Shown: piece by piece, positions 21,940 through 24,000 of the stretch
Numbering within the stretch: position 1 is the first letter of the stretch
Layout of the letters: every line of letters begins with the position of its first letter
Assembly: GCA_965602805.1 (NCBI GenBank)
Contig: CBFCZK010000004.1
Coordinates: forward strand, 72,549-96,548
Source: an uncultured Thiomicrorhabdus sp.
GTDB lineage: Bacteria; Pseudomonadota; Gammaproteobacteria; Thiomicrospirales; Thiomicrospiraceae
Reading direction: 5' to 3'
DNA length: 24,000 bases
Position numbers and translations under genes: made by a program
Notes under the pieces: model-generated
Told to the model about the DNA's origin: nothing
Seen by the model: the letters and a program-made list of their open reading frames with translations, nothing else
Databases searched by the model: none

Positions 21940-23337
21940 ATGGAGAGCGGTGTGAGTACATCAGGTTTAAAGAAAATCATGTGGATTGGGACTGGTACTC
22001 TTTTGGGTGCCATGATTGCCGTCGGTACAACCGTTTGGGCAGATCGAGAACAGGCTGTTACGCCTACAGAAGAAACAACATTGTCTTTGCCATTAAAAGA
22101 ACTGCGTGCGTTTGTCGAAGTATTCGAGCGCGTTTCTCATGACTATGTTGATCCTGTCGATGATAAGAAATTACTGGAAGGTGCGATCAGCGGTATGCTT
22201 TCCAATCTTGATCCGCATTCGGCCTATCTACCACCAGAAGACTTTACCGAGATGCAGGAGCATACCACGGGTGAATTTGGTGGTTTAGGGATGGAAGTTG
22301 GTATGGAAGATGGTTTTGTTAAAATCATCTCTCCTATTGATGATACCCCCGCACAGAAAGCGGGCATCAAAGCCGGTGACTTGGTCATAAAATTGGGTAA
22401 TGAGCCTGTTAAAGGTAAGACATTAGGCGAAGCCGTTAAAATCATGCGTGGTAAGCCTGGCACTAAGCTAGAGCTAACCATTATCCGTAAAGGTGAGGAT
22501 GCGCCTCTTAAAATCGTCATTACGCGTGCCGTTATCAAAGTCAAAAGTGTTAAACAACGTATGCTTAAAGACAATATCGGTTATCTGCGTATTAGTCAGT
22601 TTCAGATTAGAACAGGAAGTGATTTAGTTAACGGAATTGCTAAGCTTGAAAAAGAGAATAAAGGGCCTTTAAACGGGTTGGTTCTTGATTTGCGTAATAA
22701 TCCTGGTGGTGTGTTAACGGCAGCCGTTCAAGTATCCGATGCTTTCCTAAATAAAGGATTGATTGTTTATACCGAAGGTCGTATTAAAAATTCACAGATG
22801 CGTTTTGAAGCTGAAGCCGGTGATGTTATGGCCGGTAAGCCGATCGTTGTTTTGATTAATGAAGGTTCGGCTTCTGCTTCAGAGATCGTCGCGGGTGCTT
22901 TACAAGATCAGAAAAGAGCTTTAATTGCTGGGCGCACAAGTTTTGGTAAGGGCTCTGTGCAAACCTTACTACAACTGAATAATGGTGCAGCGATTAAAGT
23001 TACCACTGCACGCTATTTCACGCCTTTAGGTCGCTCAATTCAGGCAGAAGGGATTGAGCCAGATGTGGAAATTGAGCTAGTGAAGGTTGAGAAAGTAGAT
23101 GCCGAAAAATCAACACGCGTTAAGGAGAAAGATCTAACGGGTCATATCTCTAATGGTAATGGCGATGACGGTCATGATGCTATCGCTGACGTGAAAGAAG
23201 ATGTTGATACTAAGGCCGTCGATAAAGCGGAAAAGGCTTTGGAAGAGTTAACAGAACTGTTAGACAAAGACTATGAGTTAAATGAATCGTTACGTATTAT
23301 TAAAGCAATGATTCTCGCTCAGAAAATGCAACAGTAA
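21940..23337 (+). CDS. S41-family carboxy-terminal processing protease, 465 aa
   Basis: N-terminal TM/signal, PDZ region (GGLGMEVG...ISPIDDTPAQKAGIKAGDLVIKL), catalytic GSASASEIVAGALQD...GKGSVQT. Confidence 0.92.
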   Translation: MESGVSTSGLKKIMWIGTGTLLGAMIAVGTTVWADREQAVTPTEETTLSLPLKELRAFVEVFERVSHDYVDPVDDKKLLEGAISGMLSNLDPHSAYLPPEDFTEMQEHTTGEFGGLGMEVGMEDGFVKIISPIDDTPAQKAGIKAGDLVIKLGNEPVKGKTLGEAVKIMRGKPGTKLELTIIRKGEDAPLKIVITRAVIKVKSVKQRMLKDNIGYLRISQFQIRTGSDLVNGIAKLEKENKGPLNGLVLDLRNNPGGVLTAAVQVSDAFLNKGLIVYTEGRIKNSQMRFEAEAGDVMAGKPIVVLINEGSASASEIVAGALQDQKRALIAGRTSFGKGSVQTLLQLNNGAAIKVTTARYFTPLGRSIQAEGIEPDVEIELVKVEKVDAEKSTRVKEKDLTGHISNGNGDDGHDAIADVKEDVDTKAVDKAEKALEELTELLDKDYELNESLRIIKAMILAQKMQQ

Positions 23338-23365
23338 ATTGCTGTAGCTTAAAGTGAATAACATT

Positions 23366-23401
23366 AAACCACTGCTCTTGAATTAGACAGTGGTTTTTTT
23401 T
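23366..23401 (+). terminator. rho-independent terminator
   Basis: AAACCACTG-N13-CAGTGGTTT followed by a T8 run, 29 nt after the protease stop. Confidence 0.8.
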
Positions 23402-23506
23402 GGTGATGATTTTAGGTTTGTCGGAAAATTTATGGGCAAGCTTGCTACATAATTTTGGCATTTATGCCATGATTTTTTAACACAATGACAATTTGAGGAT
23501 AAGGAT

Positions 23507-24000
23507 ATGCCAAAAGTTTTAGTACCTTTAGCACAAGGCTGCGAAGAGTTGGAAGCGGTGACCATTATTGACCTGTTAGTCCGTGCTGGCGTAAATGTAA
23601 TTACGGCAAGTCTGGACGATAATCAGGTGATTACTTGTAGTCGTGGTGTGCAACTTATTGCTCAAGTGACATTGGAGTCAATGTTAGATGAGACGTTTGC
23701 AATGGTGGTTTTACCAGGAGGTCTACCAGGGGCTGATTATTTAGAGCAGGATGAACGAGTTTTGAATTTATTGCGTCGTACTGCAAAAGAGGGTGGCGGT
23801 GTTGCTGCGATTTGCGCAGCGCCTAAAGTCCTGGTGGCGGCAGGCCTGTTGAATGGTCGCCAGGCGACGAGTTATCCGGGTGTGATTGATGTTTTACCAG
23901 CGCATGATATGACTTATCTTAACCAATCGGTGGTGGAGGATGGTAACGTCATTACTTCAAGAGGTCCAGGCACAGCCATCGACTTTACATTGCGGTTAAT
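23507..24000 (+). CDS. yajL: DJ-1/PfpI-family protein, YajL-like (3' end beyond the window)
   Basis: MPKVLVPLAQGCEELEAVTIIDLLVRAGVNVITAS...ITCSRGV...VVLPGG...VAAICAAP...ITSRGPGTAIDF is collinear with E. coli YajL as I remember it. AAGGA before the ATG. Confidence 0.85.
   Translation, partial: MPKVLVPLAQGCEELEAVTIIDLLVRAGVNVITASLDDNQVITCSRGVQLIAQVTLESMLDETFAMVVLPGGLPGADYLEQDERVLNLLRRTAKEGGGVAAICAAPKVLVAAGLLNGRQATSYPGVIDVLPAHDMTYLNQSVVEDGNVITSRGPGTAIDFTLRL

Noticed and set aside
109-23565. Antisense or out-of-frame ORFs from the track (109-471-, 2220-2438-, 3201-3464+, 6019-6339+, 6561-6746+, 7301-7525+, 9901-10110-, 10418-10678-, 13505-13756+, 19921-20244+, 21912-22142+, 22106-22288+, 22224-22574-, 23383-23565-)
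   Set aside because: Each lies within or opposite a longer ORF that has recognisable motifs or better start signals. None has a motif of its own.

Overview
AT-rich, probably gammaproteobacterial DNA. All functional calls come from motif recognition by eye; no searches were run. Roughly 1-18160 is mosaic accessory DNA. 18160-24000 is ordinary core: a membrane protein, an HDOD protein, a SprA-related protein, an ArsR regulator, an S41 C-terminal protease and a DJ-1/YajL-like protein. The accessory part, left to right: (1) Two complete integron gene cassettes with aadA-like ~60-bp attC sites (48-107, 705-765), then a degenerate third site near 1426-1472 where the array breaks off. (2) A Gin/Hin-like serine recombinase with a 14-2-14 crossover-type site upstream. 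(3) A 3-TM protein. (4) A two-gene SMODS nucleotidyltransferase + SLATT 2-TM module (CBASS-like), whose stop codon directly abuts an internally deleted, frameshifted hsdR relic. (5) A minus-strand operon led by an Integrase_1-type tyrosine recombinase with 2-3 unknown small genes. (6) A ~5.7-kb segment bracketed by ~540-bp direct repeats (7915-8460 and 13068-13610, with 393 nt identical). Each repeat carries four abutting hairpins and two convergent mini-ORFs of 28 and 45 aa. Between the repeats lie an orphan Mpg/AAG-like gene, two relics of an integrase 3' end, and a translationally coupled trio: a 45-aa Gly-rich peptide, a 73-aa HicA-like protein, and a 751-aa protein with an unrecognisable N-terminal domain and C-terminal ankyrin repeats. 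I consider this trio the best candidate for an undescribed defence or toxin-sensor system. (7) The right end of the accessory DNA is a satellite/PICI-like core (DUF3987 P-loop protein, AlpA, unknown 397-aa ORF, P4-type integrase) ending at a 3' fragment of a tRNA with a CAT anticodon.
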